Notes: generated by a model not told the origin, from the sequence alone. Shown: positions 40,710 to 56,000, counted from the first letter of the stretch. The stretch is 64,000 bases of DNA from Pelomyxa schiedti (GCA_020536535.1 JAHLWZ010000197.1:62001-126000); one strand, 5' to 3'. Made by a program: numbers and translations.

Positions 40710-43700
40710 TTAGGAGAGAATATTGAGGTTGTAACGGGGAGAGGAGGCAGCATCGAGGAATGAGATCAAAGCACGAGCAGCAGCAGGCACGTCACGCAGT
40801 GCCATGTTGCAATAAACAAGACTCATCACTTCATTCACTGTGGCTTGAAGTGGTTCGAATGTGGGTGATGTCACTGAGGGAACAACGTCTGTGCCGAACC
40901 GCAGCCCGTTGTGCTGGAAGACATCTATCACAGTCTGCTTTTGCACCTCCAGAAGTGCTTGTTGAATGGTGGTGAGCAGGTCCTCCTCACGGACTGGCTG
41001 TACAGTTGCTGTTGCTGTTGTTGCTGGGGTTGTTGACTGGTCTGGCGGCTGTGTGCTGGGTGTGGTGGCAGGCTGGGCCGAAGTCGGAGGGGATGGATTC
41101 TGTGCCCGCTGTTGTTGTTGGATGTGGGTGACGAATGTGGTGATGACCTGGTGTGGGAGTGACAGGAGCGCACCGCAAGCGAGGAACGCCACGCGTGAGG
41201 TGGGCCGACTGTTGGGTTCCCGCTCAAGGAGCCACCCAACAAGCCCGGAGACCAAAGCGGGCGTGATTGTGGGATCGGTGTGAGGTTCGTGTGTGAGGGA
41301 GGAGCAGTCTGGGACGACGGGAGGGAGTGTGGTGTCTCGGATAAGGTTGCTGTTCACCTGGTTCTCATTGGTGAATGGATGCCAGCCGGAAACGGCTTCA
41401 AAGAGAACACACCCGACAGCCCACACGTCGTTCTTGAGAAGTGGGAATTCTCGTTCTGCTTGAATCACTTCAGGTGCCCGGTTTTGGGCATTCCCAGTGA
41501 ATGTTTCGCCCTTGGGCAAAACCAGAGGGTTCCCGTCTTCGCAGAACACGGCAGTTCCGAGGTCACAGAGTGCCCAGATGTTTCCTTTGATGTGTGGCCT
41601 CTCCATCAGGAGGATGTTGTCGGGCTTGATGTCACAGTGGAACCACCCTCGCGTGTTGAGGTGATCAACCGCACACAGCACGCAAAATGCGAGCTGGAGC
41701 AAATCCTTTGCGTGGCTAAGTGGTGGGGCCTGGTTCTGAAGAGACAAAGACTGTGCTTGTGTGGGTGACACTTCAGGATGTAGTGCCTCCCCGTTACTGA
41801 GCCGAGGAAAAATGATGGATTCCAGGGTGCACCTTCCCAGTTCCATTGTCATGAATGTAGTCCGCTGGTAAACTGTAATTGCTCTACGACCCTCACGGCA
41901 CCCTGACACCCAATTTCGGTTGGCATCAACGATTGTGTAGTCACCTCTCAAGCTCTCCTTGATGAGTGAGAGTGAAGTGTCACCACGGAAATGGTTGAAA
42001 ACATTTGTGAAGCACCAATGTGGGTGCATCACAGCAACTTCATATTCCCTTTCAAACTCTGTTCTCAATTGAAGGGTCCTCATTCCAGCACTGTAGTTGA
42101 ACATCATTTTCAATGCAACCTCAGTTGGCGCACTGTGTGCTCCCCTACTGACACTCGACCACTTTGGGAATGCAACAGGAACTTTGCACACAGTTCCGAA
42201 GGACCCGTTGGCAATGAAGGTTGCTCTTGTCAGATCGAGATCGTTTGTTTCCACGAGTGCCATCACTCCTTTCTGGAACCCACAGAGAACTGTTTCCAGG
42301 ACAGAAGCCATTGATAGGGTGTAGGCGTGTTCAAGAGCACTCTTTTGCGTATTGAGGGAATCATTCTTTTCGGCGATAAGTGCCGATTCCTGTTGGAGTA
42401 CACTGTAATTCTTCTCATGTGCCTCTCTTTGCTGCTGTAGTGCTGATTCTTTTTCAAGTTCAAGCTCTTTTTTTTGTTGTTCAAGAGCCTTGTGCTTATC
42501 AGTCGACAGCACCGCCTCGTGCTTCCTCAGGGCGGCCTGGTTTTCACTGTTGAGGGCTAAAGCTTGCTGCCTCAAGGCTTGTTGCATTTCTACCTCGAGT
42601 GCCCTTCTTTGTTTGTGTAATGATGTTTCCTTTTCGACTTCTAGTGCGGTTTTTTGTTGCTCAAGTGCAATTTTCTTCTCCATATCAAGCACAGCCTTGA
42701 GTTGAGTAAGTGCCACTTGTTTTTCATATATGAGACTGGGAGATTGCTGCTTTTGTATGCTTAATTGGTGGTGGGTCATTTCTGTAGAGGGATCCACTTT
42801 TTCTGTCTCGAGTTCACTTTCTTCATTCAGTGGCGATTTTTGTCGTGTCAGTGCCCTACACTCTTCAGAAACTCTCGTTTTTTCGTCCAGTGGCAAATGG
42901 GGGAGAATATCCCCAAACTGAAGAGGTGAACAGGGTATTACTCTATCAAAAGACTAACCTGTTTCTTTACATTGTCAAGCTGTTGTCGGAAAAGTCTGAG
43001 TGACACTTGGGATGTTGTGAGGGAGTGATGTAACTCTGAAAGTTCACCAGCTGTTTTAAGGTACAAATTAAATTGCTTGCAACAGGACACAACAGCGGGA
43101 ATGCATTCCAGGTATTGCATGAGAGCAAGTCCTTCTTGTATGAAAGAAGGGTAATTATGCAGCACTGAGAAGTACCCATCTCTGATGGCGTGTGGAAATT
43201 TTTCTTCAGGGGGATTATGGAAAAGAGTTACGCACATAATTTGGGTCTCCTCGGTGCTTCCTTTGTTCTTCTCGGCTGCGGCGTGCAAGTCTTTTATCTG
43301 GTTTGATTATTAGTGTTCAGTTTATTTGTTTGTCAATCCCACGAACCTGCCTGAGCCACAGTGTGCCATCGGTAAGTTGCTGCAAGTCGCGAACAACGTT
43401 ACCAACAATTTCATCAAGATCGCCAGGTGGAACCTCCTTCTCTCCCTGTATTAATAATAGGTCGCAGCAGGTAAAAAACAAAAAGGGGGGAGGTGAGAGG
43501 GGCGGGAGGAAGAGGTACATGGTGCGTCTTTGTGTAATCCAAGAAGTAAACCTCAAAGAAAGCACTGCTGTTGACCAAGAAGTATCTCAACTGTTTTGGG
43601 GAGTTTCCAAGTTAGAAAATACAGCACCAAAGAAAAAGGAGGGAGAAATACGGCACGAAATGTTTGTTCTCCCATGGGAATTGACCTGCGAACCTCTTTG

Positions 43701-46700
43701 CAGCACTGCTCCATGTCACACAACATGCCGCTTTCTCTCTGTGGTTTTTTTTTTTTTTTTGTGGTGAGTGAAGGGGAGAAAGAGGGAATGATTTTCACGG
43801 CACATTTACATCAAATTCCACAGGTCTGAGATGAACTCTTCCTTTTTGTTCAAGCCAATCCCGCACAATCTGCAGGTGGTGAAGCTGCTCTTTGAACTCC
43901 AAGAAGCGCTTGTAAACTTGTCTCATGTCTGGCAATTTGACATCTGGGAACAACGTTTTGCAGATTTCAACAAATTGCAGGTATTGTGTGTTCTCAACTG
44001 TGGGTTCCTTTCTTGGTGGCACTGCCGCTTCTGATGCTGTGTTGCTTGGTATCACTATTTTAAGTCTACACAGCAACACGATAAGAGGAATTGAAATTTA
44101 GGCAAATGCGAGGATACATACAGTTGGTCACCAGCAAAAGCTTTGACCTCTTGCAGTGTGACTCGGTTGTCACAGATCCTGTCAACTTGTTCTCTGATGG
44201 TGTCACACAACTGTTTTTTGGTTGTTCAGAGGCTTATGGTAATGTACAAAAGATGTAACTTGTTGACAGCCTGTTTCATAGTTTCCGAAAAATGGGTGAT
44301 CCAAATGCAAGTCCCTGAATCGCAACAAGGAAAGAACGGCTGGGGTGAGCTTCATGACTTCCTCAACTGCCATCATGCACCTTGGGCACACACTTTCGTT
44401 CAAAACTGCAATGATAAAAGAGCTCTCTCTCTCCCGTTTCGAGAGGTTGGGGAGGTGTCGTTCGAGCCATCCCCCAAGAGCACAAAGCTGGCTTGAGATC
44501 GATTTGCCTGATGGTGTTTCGGCACTGTTCGAGAATTGACATTTGAAGAAAAAGAAAAAAAAGTGGCACTGTGGGGGTAACAAGAGGGTATAATATACCT
44601 GACAACAAGAGAAGCTGGGACAAAAAAAGTGAGAAAAAAGGGGAATTCACCAAGTGATGGGATACCAAAAGTCTTGAGCATGAGAAAGAACAGTGGTGAC
44701 TGCCTTTGATTGGGTTTTTCCATTTCATGCTGGAACAACGACCTCACGGTGTTGGTAAATTGCCGTGACAGTGGTTTCACATCAACCTGGTTTCCTTGAG
44801 ATAAAAAGAAAAAAAAAAAGTGGGAAGAGGAAGGGTCAACTCACAATTTTCATTATATCTTTCAATACCACGATGTCACGATCATCCTCAAACGAAAACA
44901 GGTTTGAGTATTCAGGGCAGTAAAGTGAAACCCGGATGAATGGAACAATGTATCTGTGTGTATTGCATTGATAAATAGAAAGAAATGAGGGGTCAGGGCC
45001 ACACTCACATGAAACTGCACTTGAATGACTTGTAGAGCAAGTCACGCAATGGGAGGAATTTAACCCTGGGATCACCAGACTGTGGATCGAAGTTGTGTCG
45101 GGAAACAAGTATTTGGGCATATTTGTCCAACACCCAACCAATTTGATGTGGTTCCCACACATTTGCATGGCTCTCCAAGACACTTTGGAGAATTTTGCGT
45201 TCAAGGATCTTCACTGGAATTCTACCATCCCCATTTTCAGATTTCAGAAAGCAAAAAAAAGAGACAAGCTTACAGTTGGAGCTCTGCAAATGAGGAAGGT
45301 GGTGACAATTGAAGAAAATGGGTCACTGATGCATCGAAGAACTTGAGAGTATCTTCTGACAATGTGGATCTAATGGCCTCAAGTCCATACTGTAGTGTTC
45401 TCTGGAAAGGCAAAACAAAGAGAGGAGGGAAAAGTAACAACAAAACAAAAAACAAAAAACAAAAAACCAAACCTCCAAGAAAGGAGCGGTGATAGACTCG
45501 TTCTGTGCTCTGGGAAGGAAGTGAGAATGAAGAAAAGGAATTGGAAGGCGCAAACAGATCTTCCAGACCAGCAGCTAATGTGACCCGCTCCAACCAGTAC
45601 CACCACTCTCCCATCCTCGGTACATTGTCAGTCTCTCCTCGTCTCGGAGAAGGGCATGTGAGGTTGAGCAAATCATGGTAACACTCGCCGAGTTTCTAAA
45701 TAAAAATAAATAATGGTGGTGAGTTCCAGAAACGGTGGGTTGGGAGATGGAAAGATGAGGAAAAAAAGATGATTGGAGGAGACAAACCCGAGTTCCCTCA
45801 GTGTTCCCTTTGGGAATAGACCAGCCACCAGGACAAATCGAATAGACGCTTTTCACAACAAGATCACATGTTGCCTGTGCACTTTCGCGGTCTGCACCTC
45901 TGAGTTCCCTCTCAAAGAGCTTTACAGCACCTTGCAACACACTCAGTGACACCTGTGGTGGCATCTTTGCCGAGAGTTGTTTGTAAAGAACTGGTGGTCT
46001 GAATTCCCAGAAACAGGTGAGAGAAGGTTCAACAAACAAATTGACAAAACATACTTGTTGAAGAAGTCAACAATAAGCCTGGGAGAAATTCGTGGGAAGA
46101 ACCGGTCCTGAACAAAACTGTCCCATCGATTCAGGAGCTGGTTGTCAACAATAAACAAGGAAAAAAGGTGTTCCACAAAAGAGGGAAAGAAAAACCTGGA
46201 ACTCATCTTGGATCCCTTTTACAAAATTCAGCGCCAAGTGCAGGATTTGAAGTTGAAGTTCACGTTGTGGCTGTTTGTTGTGTAAGTGAGCAAACAGAAA
46301 TTAGGAATAAGGAATACAGTTAACAAGGTGCGTTGTAGAAGAATACTTGAACACCTGGAAGCCAATAGGCCCCCAATGAGGTCAAAAAGAGAGGGATCCT
46401 CTTGTTGAAGCACTTTCAGTGACTGAATGAGCTGTTAAGAACATTAAATTTATAGAGAGCTCACTCTTAGGATTACGGCATCTTTTGCTGCCACCATGGT
46501 CTCATCAGTAGAGGGAGATTGGAAAATGGTGTCACACAGACAACTGGCAACTTCAACCAGACATTCTCCTGTCTCCTTTTCTGGCTTCCTGCAAATTCCA
46601 TCTTCCCTGAGAAAAACCAGTTAAAAAAAAGAGGAAGAGCAAACGATACAGTTCGATTCTGGAGAGGAAGATAACTCGAGCAGTCTCAGCAACAGACAAA

Positions 46701-47121
46701 TTAAGAACATGGCATTATCAAACAGGTGACTACCAGAGACAGAACCACGCCCAGGCAGCATCTTTAGACCCCGTATGGCCTCCGTCAACCCCCCAGCCAT
46801 CCACGACACGTGTGTCCCAAAATCGGGGTTGTTCTTACTTCCGTTCCATTGGTCAAACTCATCCAGCAACTTCATTACCTGCGCCTTGTCCACCAAAGTA
46901 AATGGTGCCGTGGATGTCAATGTCGGCGCTACTGCTGGTGTTGGTGTTGCTGTAGCTGCTTTTGGCGCTGTTGGTTCAGCGGGACTGGCTGGAAGTGAAT
47001 CTATTCTCTCCCGGGCAACTCCTGGCATACCAGACAAAAGAATGTAGAACTGTGTCGCGGCGTCTTTCGGCCCCGTCGTCCTCTTGCCACCACCTGTAAG
47101 GAAACGAAACAAGCCAGCCAT
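40710..47121 (-). CDS. Chimeric gene copy 1: RNF213-like N-terminal module + coiled coil + PINK1-like non-RD protein kinase
   Basis: Exons 42959-47121 are paralogous to 32031-36256 of the giant gene. After intron 42918-42958, the terminal exon encodes IANGSFGTV, ALKMMFNY, HCDIKPDN, DLG, GNAQNRAPE and KNDVWAVG. Confidence 0.88.
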
Positions 47122-47200
47122 TGTTGTTCAGGTTGGAAAAAAAGTTCGTTCGCCGTCTTCTGGGAAGAACACTCGAGAATCACAAAAATTTGGGCCTTCT

Positions 47201-50200
47201 TTAGGAGAGAATATTGAGGTTGTAAAGGGGTGACGAGGCAGCATTGAGGAAAGCGAACAAAGCACGAGCGGCAGCAGGCACATCACGCAACGCCATGTTA
47301 CAATAAACAAGCTTGATCAGTTCCTTCACAGTGGTGTCAAATGGCTGAAACGTGGGTGATGTCATGGACGGCACAACATCAACACCAAAGCGCCGGCCGT
47401 TGCGTTGGAAGATGTCAGTCAAGTTCTGCTTGTGCACCTGTAGAAGAGCCAGGTGCATGGCCGCGACCAGATCCTCAGGAATCGGCTGCGGTTGTGTGGG
47501 TGAATTCAGGGGCGCCCCTTGTGGCTGTTGCATCTCTAGTTCCGGAATTTGTTGTTGGTAGTCGAGGAACGTCATGATGAGCGGGAGCGGGAGGGAAAAC
47601 AGAGCGCCGCAGGCCAAGAGTGCCTCGTGCGAAGTGGGCCTGCGGCTGGGGTCCCGCTCAAGCAGCCACCCAACAAGCCCGCCAACGCATGATGGTGTAC
47701 TTATGGGATCCGGCTGGCCACTGGCGCTTGGATCAGAGTTGCCAGAGAGGGAAGATACCTCGGGGATGAGGGGAGGGAGTGCGGTGTTGCGTATAAGGCT
47801 GATGTTAACTTGGTTCTCAGTGAATAACGGGTTCCAGCCGGCAACGGCCTGAAAGAGAACGCAGCCGACGGCCCACACGTCGTTTTTGAGAAGCGGGAAC
47901 TCCCGAAGTTGCTGGGTGACTTCAGGTGACCTGTTCCCTGGATTTCCACTGAAGGACTCACCTGGGGGTAAAACCAGAGGGTTCCCGCCTTCGCAAAATA
48001 CAGCGGTTCCAAAGTCACAGAGAGCCCAGATGTTTCCTTTGATGTGTGGCCTCTCCATCAGCAGGATGTTGTCAGACTTGATGTCACAGTGGAACCACCC
48101 TCGCGAGTTGAGGTGGTCAACCGCACACAGCACGCAAAACGCGAGCTGAAGCAGGTCCCTCGCAGTGTCGAGCACAGAATGTTGATGTTGAATACTGCTG
48201 AACTTGGAGGAAATTATGGATTCCAGTGTGCACTTTCCCAGCTCCATTGTCATGTACGTGGTTCGCTGGTACACTGTGATTGCTCTGCCACCCTGACGGC
48301 ATCCTGATACCCATTTACAGTTTGCATCCATTACTGTATAGTCCCCTCTCAATTTTTCTTCAATCAAAGACAGTAAAGTGTCACCTTGGAAATGGCTAAA
48401 TACATTTGTGAAGCACCAGTGTGGGTGCGTAACTAATAATTCATACTCCCTTTGGAACTGTGTTTTAAGCTGGAGGGTCTTCATTCCAGCACTGTAATTG
48501 AACATCATCTTCACTGCAACTTCTGTTGATAATCTATGAGGGCCACCAGTGGTCTGTACCAGATTCGAGAGTACAACAGGAACTTTGCACACAGTCCCAA
48601 ATGAGCCGTTGGCAATGAAGGTTGCTCTTGTCAGGTCAAGTTCGTTCAGTTCCACCAATGCCATAGCACCTTTCTGGAATACACAGATAGCTACTTCCAG
48701 GTTATTAGCCATCTCCAGGGTGTATATTTGTTCCAGTGCACTGTTTTCCAATGTGAGAGATTTGTTCCTTTCAGTATTGAGTGCTCGCTCCTGTTCAAGT
48801 ACACGTTGCATCTCCGCTGACGAACTTCTTGGCTGGTATAGTGGGCTTTCTGCTTGAAGGGCAATATTTTGTGGTTCCAGGGAATTCTGTAGTATTTTGG
48901 GTAAAATATCCTCGAACTAGATAGTATGGTGAGAAACAAAAGGTTGGCAAAAGCCTAACTTGTTTCTTCAGATCTTCGATGTGTTGTGGGATTGTCTCCA
49001 GTGAGACCGGCGATTTTGTGAGGGAGTGGTACAAATTTAAAAGGTCATCAGCCGCTTTAATGCATAAATTGAATTGCTTGCAACAGTAGACGACAGAGGG
49101 AATGAACTCAAGGAATCGAATGAGATCAAGTCCTTCTTGGAGGAAGTGAGCAAAATTCAATGATTCTTGCCCCTTTTCTGAGAAGAACTTGTGACTGATG
49201 ATAGTATGTTAGTGAAGTTTTTTGAGTATGGGTTTTTTAGCTACTGGCAAAAAAAAAAAAAAAAACAATTGTCACATACATAATTTGCCCTTCCTCCGTG
49301 CTGCCGTTTTTTCCCGTCGCGGCTGCTTTTTGTAAGTCTTTTACCTGTGTGGCGTGTGTTGGTGGCCTGTGTGTCAAGTTTTATCAGAAATTTCAAACCT
49401 GGTTTAGCCCTACAGTGCCATGTGCAAGCAGCTGCAACTCACGTGCAACTGAACCAACAATTTCCTCCAGATCGCCTGGTGGAACATCCTTCTCTCCCTA
49501 AAGTACACTGTATCAGCCCCTACCACACCATAAAAAAAAAAGACTCAAGGCAGTAGAGACAGAATTTTAACGGGAAAGAGGTGGGTGTGTACATAGTTCC
49601 TCTTTGTTAAGTTCATGAAGTAAACCTTAAAGAAAGCACTTTTCTTCACCAAGAAGTATTTCAGCTGTTTTTGGGAGTTGCCAAGGGAGATAAGACACAA
49701 AAGGGAAAAAATACAGCATTAAATGGCTGTTCACGCAAGGGAATTGACTTCCGCAACTCAGTACAACGCTGTTCCAGGTCACATAATGTGACAGTTTCAC
49801 TCTGGTTTTTGTTTTGTTTTGCTTTATTTTTGGATATGATCCAGGAATAGTGCAGTCTGGTGGATGTGTTGCAGTCATTTGGCAAAAGAGTGGAGTAACA
49901 ATACATTGATATCAAATTCCACAGGTCTGAGGTGAACTCTACCGTTTTTTCCAAGCCACTTCCGCACAGTCTGCAGATCATGAATCTGGTTTTTTAATTC
50001 CAGGAATTGATCATAGACTTTCCTCATATCCGGCAAGGCCACTTTTGGGAACAATGTTTTGCACACATCCACAAGTTGTGAATATTGGGTGGTTTCCACT
50101 TCTAGTCTTGGTCTGTGCAACAAATTATGTGTGAAGCACTCAGAGGATACATACAGTTGTTGTTCACCAGCAAAATCTTTGGCCTCTTGTAGGGTGACTC

Positions 50201-52913
50201 TCCTGTCACAGATTTTGTCGACTTGTTCTCGGATGGTTTCGTGCAGCTGCTTTGTGTGAGTATTTCTTCTTTCTATGTGCAGTTTTTCTCACCTGTTGAC
50301 ACCCAGCTTCATAATTTTCAAAAAAAGGGTGGATCAAAGCCAAATCTTTGAATTGAAACAAGGACAGAACAGACGAAGAGAGTTTAGTGACTTCATCAAC
50401 TCCCATCATGCACCTTGGGCACACACTTTCCCTCAGAACTGCAATGACAATCGAACTCTCTCTCTCCTCCTTTGAAAGGTTGGAGAAGTGTGATTCAAGC
50501 CAGCCTCCAAGTGTACACAGTTGTGTTGAGATGGGTAGGCCTGGGGGCATTTCAGTGCTGTTTCTTTGAGTAAGAACCTCTCAATTTTATTGAAGGATTA
50601 TCAATGACATACCTGACAATAAGAGATGCTGAAAAAGGGAAGAACAGTGAGAATAAGGAGAATTGATGAGGTCTTACCAATTGCTTTGAGCATGAGAAGG
50701 AATAGTTGTGACTGTCTTTGTTCTGGTCTTTCCATTTCACACTCAAACAAAGATCTTACAATCTTGGGGAATTGCCTTGACAAAGGTTTCACATCAACCT
50801 TTTTTGTTTGGTCAGACTAAAAAAAAAAAGTTCACGCACATCTTTCATGATGTCTTTCAAGAAGATGAGGTCATGGTCATCCTCAAAGGAAAAGAGATTG
50901 GAGTATTCAGGGCAGTAAAGGGCAATCCGGATGAATGGAACAATATTTCTGTGAGACAAATAAGAAATGAGAGCCTGTGGATACACACATGAAACTGGAA
51001 TTGAATGACTTGTAGAGCAAGTCTTGCAATGGGAGGAATTTGGGCCTGGGATCACCAGACTGTGAGTTCTGGGAAACAAGGAGTTGAGCATATTTGTCCA
51101 ACAACCAACCAATTTGAGTTGGTCCCCACACAAGTGCATTTTTCTCCAAGATACTTCGGAGAATTTCAAGTTCAAGGAACTTGATTGGGATCCTGTAGTT
51201 TGTTATGGGGAAATCAAGGAAGTGAATGTGTATACTGCTGGACAACAGAAAATGGAGAAGGCGGTGATGATTTAAGAAAATGGGTCACTGTTGTGTCAAA
51301 GAACTTGAGAGTGTCTCCTGGCAATGTGGATCTTACAGCCTCAAGTCCATACTGGAGTGTTCTCTGCAAGGATAGAATTAAAAAAACAGGATACCTCAGG
51401 TAAGAAAAATCTTATGAACCTCGAAAAAAGGAGCAATCAGGGCCTGTTTTTGTCCTCTAAAAACTTATGTTTCAAAATGGAGACAAAGAAAAATTGGCAC
51501 AAACAGATCTTCCAGACCAGCAGACACTGTGATGCACTCCAACCCAGACCACCACAATCCCAACCTTTGAGCATTGGTCTCTCCTTCTTTGACAGCAGGG
51601 ATTGTGAGGTTGAGTAAATCGCAATAGCACCTGCAAAGTTCCTGCAATAAATAGGGTTTGGATTTGAGTATTCTGTGAAGATGACAAACCTGGGTTACTT
51701 CAACACTTCCATTTGGAACTGAAAACCCACCAGGACAAACCCAGAAGATATTTTTTATGACCAAATCATGTATTGCCTCAGTTTTAATTGACCTTTCAAT
51801 CAACTTAACAGCACCTTGCAAAACAGTGATTGAAACCATTGGCGGCAATTTTGTGGAAATTTGCTTATAGAGAACTGGTGGCCTTCACTCTGTAATTTAA
51901 TATGTAATATCAAAAGCATAACAGTACCTGTGAAAGAAGTCAAACAGATTTGTGGCTGAAGTGACTTGGATAAACTGGCCAAGAAAAAACTTGTTCCATA
52001 AAGATAGAAACTGTTAACACTTGAGTTGAGATTCTCAAAGGAATGGCCTCACCTGAGACTCATTTTGGATACCTTTAACGTAATGCAATGCCAAGTGGAA
52101 AATTTGAAGTTGGAGTTCATGTTGTGGCTGTGACTGGCATTAAAGGAGGGACTGCCAACAGGTGAAGAAGGAAGAAAGGTACATTTAAGAAAGTGTTTCT
52201 CATAAGGGTCTCATTTGAACACCGTGCAGCCAAAAGATTCATTAACAAGTCAAACAGAGAAGGATCGTCCTGCTGAAGCCCTTCCAATGACTGACCTATC
52301 TATTAAAACCACTGGCAATCTTGAACAAACATACAGAAATGATGAGCTTATCTTTCTCGAACACAAAATCTTCCTCGGAAGATGGAGAATGCCAAATTGC
52401 ATCACTGACAGGGCTCACAACTTCATTGAGAAATGTCAGACCTGCCTCTTTTTGCATCTCTCTCTCAACATTCAATTTCCTGCCAAACCAGTCAGATGCA
52501 CGAGAGAAAGATCGGAAAAGAAAAAGAAAAACCAACTCTAGCAGCCACAGCAACATGTAAATTACAAATGGAGCACTGTCGAACAAGTGGCTGCCATATT
52601 TTGAACCCTGGACAGGGAGGATCGCCAGCCACCGAACGGTGCTCACCAGCCTGCTAATTATCCAAGACACAAACTCCTCAGTTTGTGGGGTGGACCTGCT
52701 CCCCTTCCAATCGTCGAATTCACTGAGTAGCGTGGCGATCTGCCGAGTGAAGTTCGGGTCCAACAGCGCGGTTGGTTTTAGGGTGCTGCTCCCGGGCTGC
52801 TGTTGCCGCCGTTCGGGTAGGCTCTTGAGCAGGTCGATAACTCTCATGGCTGCGTCTTGGGGCCCGGTGGAGACTTTTTGACGCTGACCCAAAACGCGAG
52901 CAAAGAAAGCCAT
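47201..52913 (-). CDS. Chimeric gene copy 2 (most divergent; short coiled coil): RNF213-like N-terminal module + kinase
   Basis: It starts MAFFARVLGQRQKVSTGPQDAA and has the same exon series. The junction intron is 48917-48959. The kinase motifs are AVKMMFNY, HCDIKSDN, DFG and GNPGNRSPE. Confidence 0.88.
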
Positions 52914-53038
52914 GCAGGCGCCGAAGAGCCTCGATCACAACTTGATTTTTTTTTGGGCGACAAGAAACAACTTTCTTGCTTTTTCTTCAAAAAAAGAAAG
53001 AAGAACCCCTTCAGTGCCTATTTAGTTGAAACAAGCCT

Positions 53039-56000
53039 CTAGGAGAGGAGATTGAGGTTGTAACGGGGAGAGGAGGCAGCATCGAGGAATGAGATCAAAG
53101 CACGAGCAGCAGCAGGCACGTCACGCAGTGCCATGTTGCAATAAACAAGACTCATCACTTCATTCACTGTGGCTTGAAGTGGTTCGAATGTGGGTGATGT
53201 CACTGAGGGAACAACGTCTGTGCCGAACCGCAGCCCGTTGTGCTGGAAGACATCTGTCACAGTCCGCTTTTGCACCTCCAGAAGTGCTTGTCGGATGGCG
53301 GTTATCATGTCCTCAGAGATCGATTGCGTGGGTTGAGGGTGTTCACTTGTTGCAGTTGCCGAGGTTGATTGGTTTGGTGGTTGTGTTGACGTGACCGAAG
53401 GGGCCGAATTCTTCTGTGCTCGCTGCTGTTGGATGTGGGTGACGAATGTGGTGATGACCTGTTTCGGGAGTATCAGAAGTGCACTGCAAGTGAGGAGTGC
53501 CTCACGTGAATTGGGGCGTCGGGTGCACTCGCGCTCAAGGAGCCACCCAACAAGCCCGGAGACCAAAGCGGGTGTGATTGTGGGATCGGTGTGGGTGTCA
53601 TGTGTGAGGGAGGAGCAGTCTGGGATGACGGGAGGGAGTGTGGTGTCTCGGATAAGGTTGCTGTTCACCTGGTTCTCAATGGTGAATGGATGCCGGCCAG
53701 AAACGACCTCGTAGAGAACACACCCGACAGCCCACACGTCGTTCTTGAGAAGTGGGAATTCTCGTTCTGCTTGAATCACTTCAGGTGACCGGTTTTGGGC
53801 ATTCCCAGTGAATGTTTCGCCCTTGGGCAAAACCAGAGGGTTCCCACCTTCGCAGAACACGGCAGTTCCGAGGTCACAGAGAGCCCAGATGTTTCCTTTG
53901 ATGTGTGGCCTCTCCATCAGCAGGATGTTGTCGGGCTTGATGTCACAGTGGAACCACCCTCGTGTGTTTAGGTGGTCAACTGCACACAGCACGCAAAACG
54001 CAAGCTGGAGCACATCCTTTGATTGACAAAGTGGATGATGCTGGTTCTGGGGAGACATGGATTGCAGTTGCTGTGATGTTGGGAGAGTGGGCAACACTTC
54101 TGCTGTTTGCTGCTCAATGTTGACGATTCTTGAAGAAATTATGGATTCCAATGTGCACTTTCCCAGTTCCATTGTCATGAACGTGGTTCGCTGATAAACT
54201 GCAATGGCTCTCCGACTGTCGCGGCACCCTGATACCAAATTGCGGTTCGAATCCACAATAGTGTAGTCACCTCTCAAGGACTCCTCAATCAGAGTGAGTA
54301 AAGTGTCACCACGGAAATGATTGAAGACATTTGTGAAGCACCAATGTGGGTGTATCACTGAGACTTCATATTCTCTTTCAAACGCTGTTCTCAATTGGAG
54401 GGTCCTTGGACCAGCACTGTAGTTGAACATCATCTTCAACGCCACCTCTGTCGGGGCACTGTGGGCTCCACTGCTACGCAGCCACTTGGGAAGAACAACA
54501 GGAACTTTGCACACGGTTCCAAATGACCCGTTGGCGATAAAGGTCGCTCTTGTGAGGTCAAGTTCGTTCAGTTCCACAAGTGCCATCACTCCTGTCTGGA
54601 ACCCACAGAGGACTACTTCCAGGTTATGTGCATCTATAGTGTAGGTATGTTCTAGTGCCCTCTTTTCTATGATGAGAGATTCGTTCCTTGCAGTGTTAAA
54701 CTCAGATTCTTGTTGCTGCAGTGCACTGTGTATCTTCTCAAGTGCATTTCTTTGCTGTTGTAGAGAATTTTCTTTTTCCAATTCAGTTACTTTCTTTTGT
54801 TGCTCAAGTGCATTTTGATTCTCGGTTGTAAACATAAGCTCTTGTTTCCTAAGTTCCCCTTGTAGTTCCGCTTCGAATTCACTTCTTTGTTGAAGCAAAG
54901 CCTTTTCTTTTTCAACTTCAAGTGCGATTTTTTGTTTTTCAAGGGCGTGGTGCTTCTCAGTGTTAAGCAGATCTGATAATTGTGTGAGTGCACACTCCTT
55001 TTCACGGTTATGTTTGGCAGCCTGCTCTTCAAGAGCGCGACACAAAGTTTTTTGCTGTAGAAAGGCATTTGGCTTTTCAGACATTGCAACACGATCTTGC
55101 TCCCCCATAAGTGGGAGTAAATGGGATAGAATGTCCTCAAGCTAAAATGGTGAGAAATTTTTGTTTTATCAGAATGACCTGCCTGTTTCTGCACTTTGGA
55201 AAAGTGTAGCGGACACAATTTCAGTGAAACTTGAGAGGTGGTTAGGGAGTGATGCAAATCTGCTAAGTCCTTGGCCGTTTCACTGCATAAATCGTATTGC
55301 TTGCAACAGTATACAGCAGGAGGAATGAAATCCAAGTATTGAAAAAGAGTGAGGCCTTCTTGGAGGTAATGCTCCAAGTCAAATGACGGATCGTAACCCA
55401 ACTCGGAAAAGTACTGAGTTCTATAATGTTCATTAGGATAAATGCTTTGTCAATCACACACATAATTCGGAATTCGGTAGCAATTCCTCTGTTCTCCGCT
55501 GCTTTTTGTATGTCTCTTATCTGGTTTGGCGCGTTAATTGATGATTTTGAGACCACCCATTGACGGCTATTTGTCAAATCACAACCTGGTTGAGCCTTAG
55601 GTTACCAGTCTGAAGTTGCCTCAAATCAGCTGTAACTGCAGATAGAATTTCTTCAAGGTTATCTGGAGGCACTTCCTTATTTCCCTGAAAGATACAAATG
55701 GGCAGCCCTTAAAACCAGGAAGGAAATTATACATAGTTCTTTTTTGTGAAGTCTATGAACCAAAACTCAAAGAAGGCACTGCCATTCACCAAGAAGTATT
55801 TCAACTGTTTTTTGGGGAAATTTGGCGAGCTAAGACAAACAACGTGAAACGAAGGAAAATACAGAATTAAATGGCTGATCACGCAATGGAATTGCCTGGC
55901 GAAGCTCAATGCAACACTGTTCAACACCGCATAATGTTTCTCTCTAATTTTTTAAAAATGTCGTTGTATATTAGATGAAAGGAAATAGTAATGGGCATGT

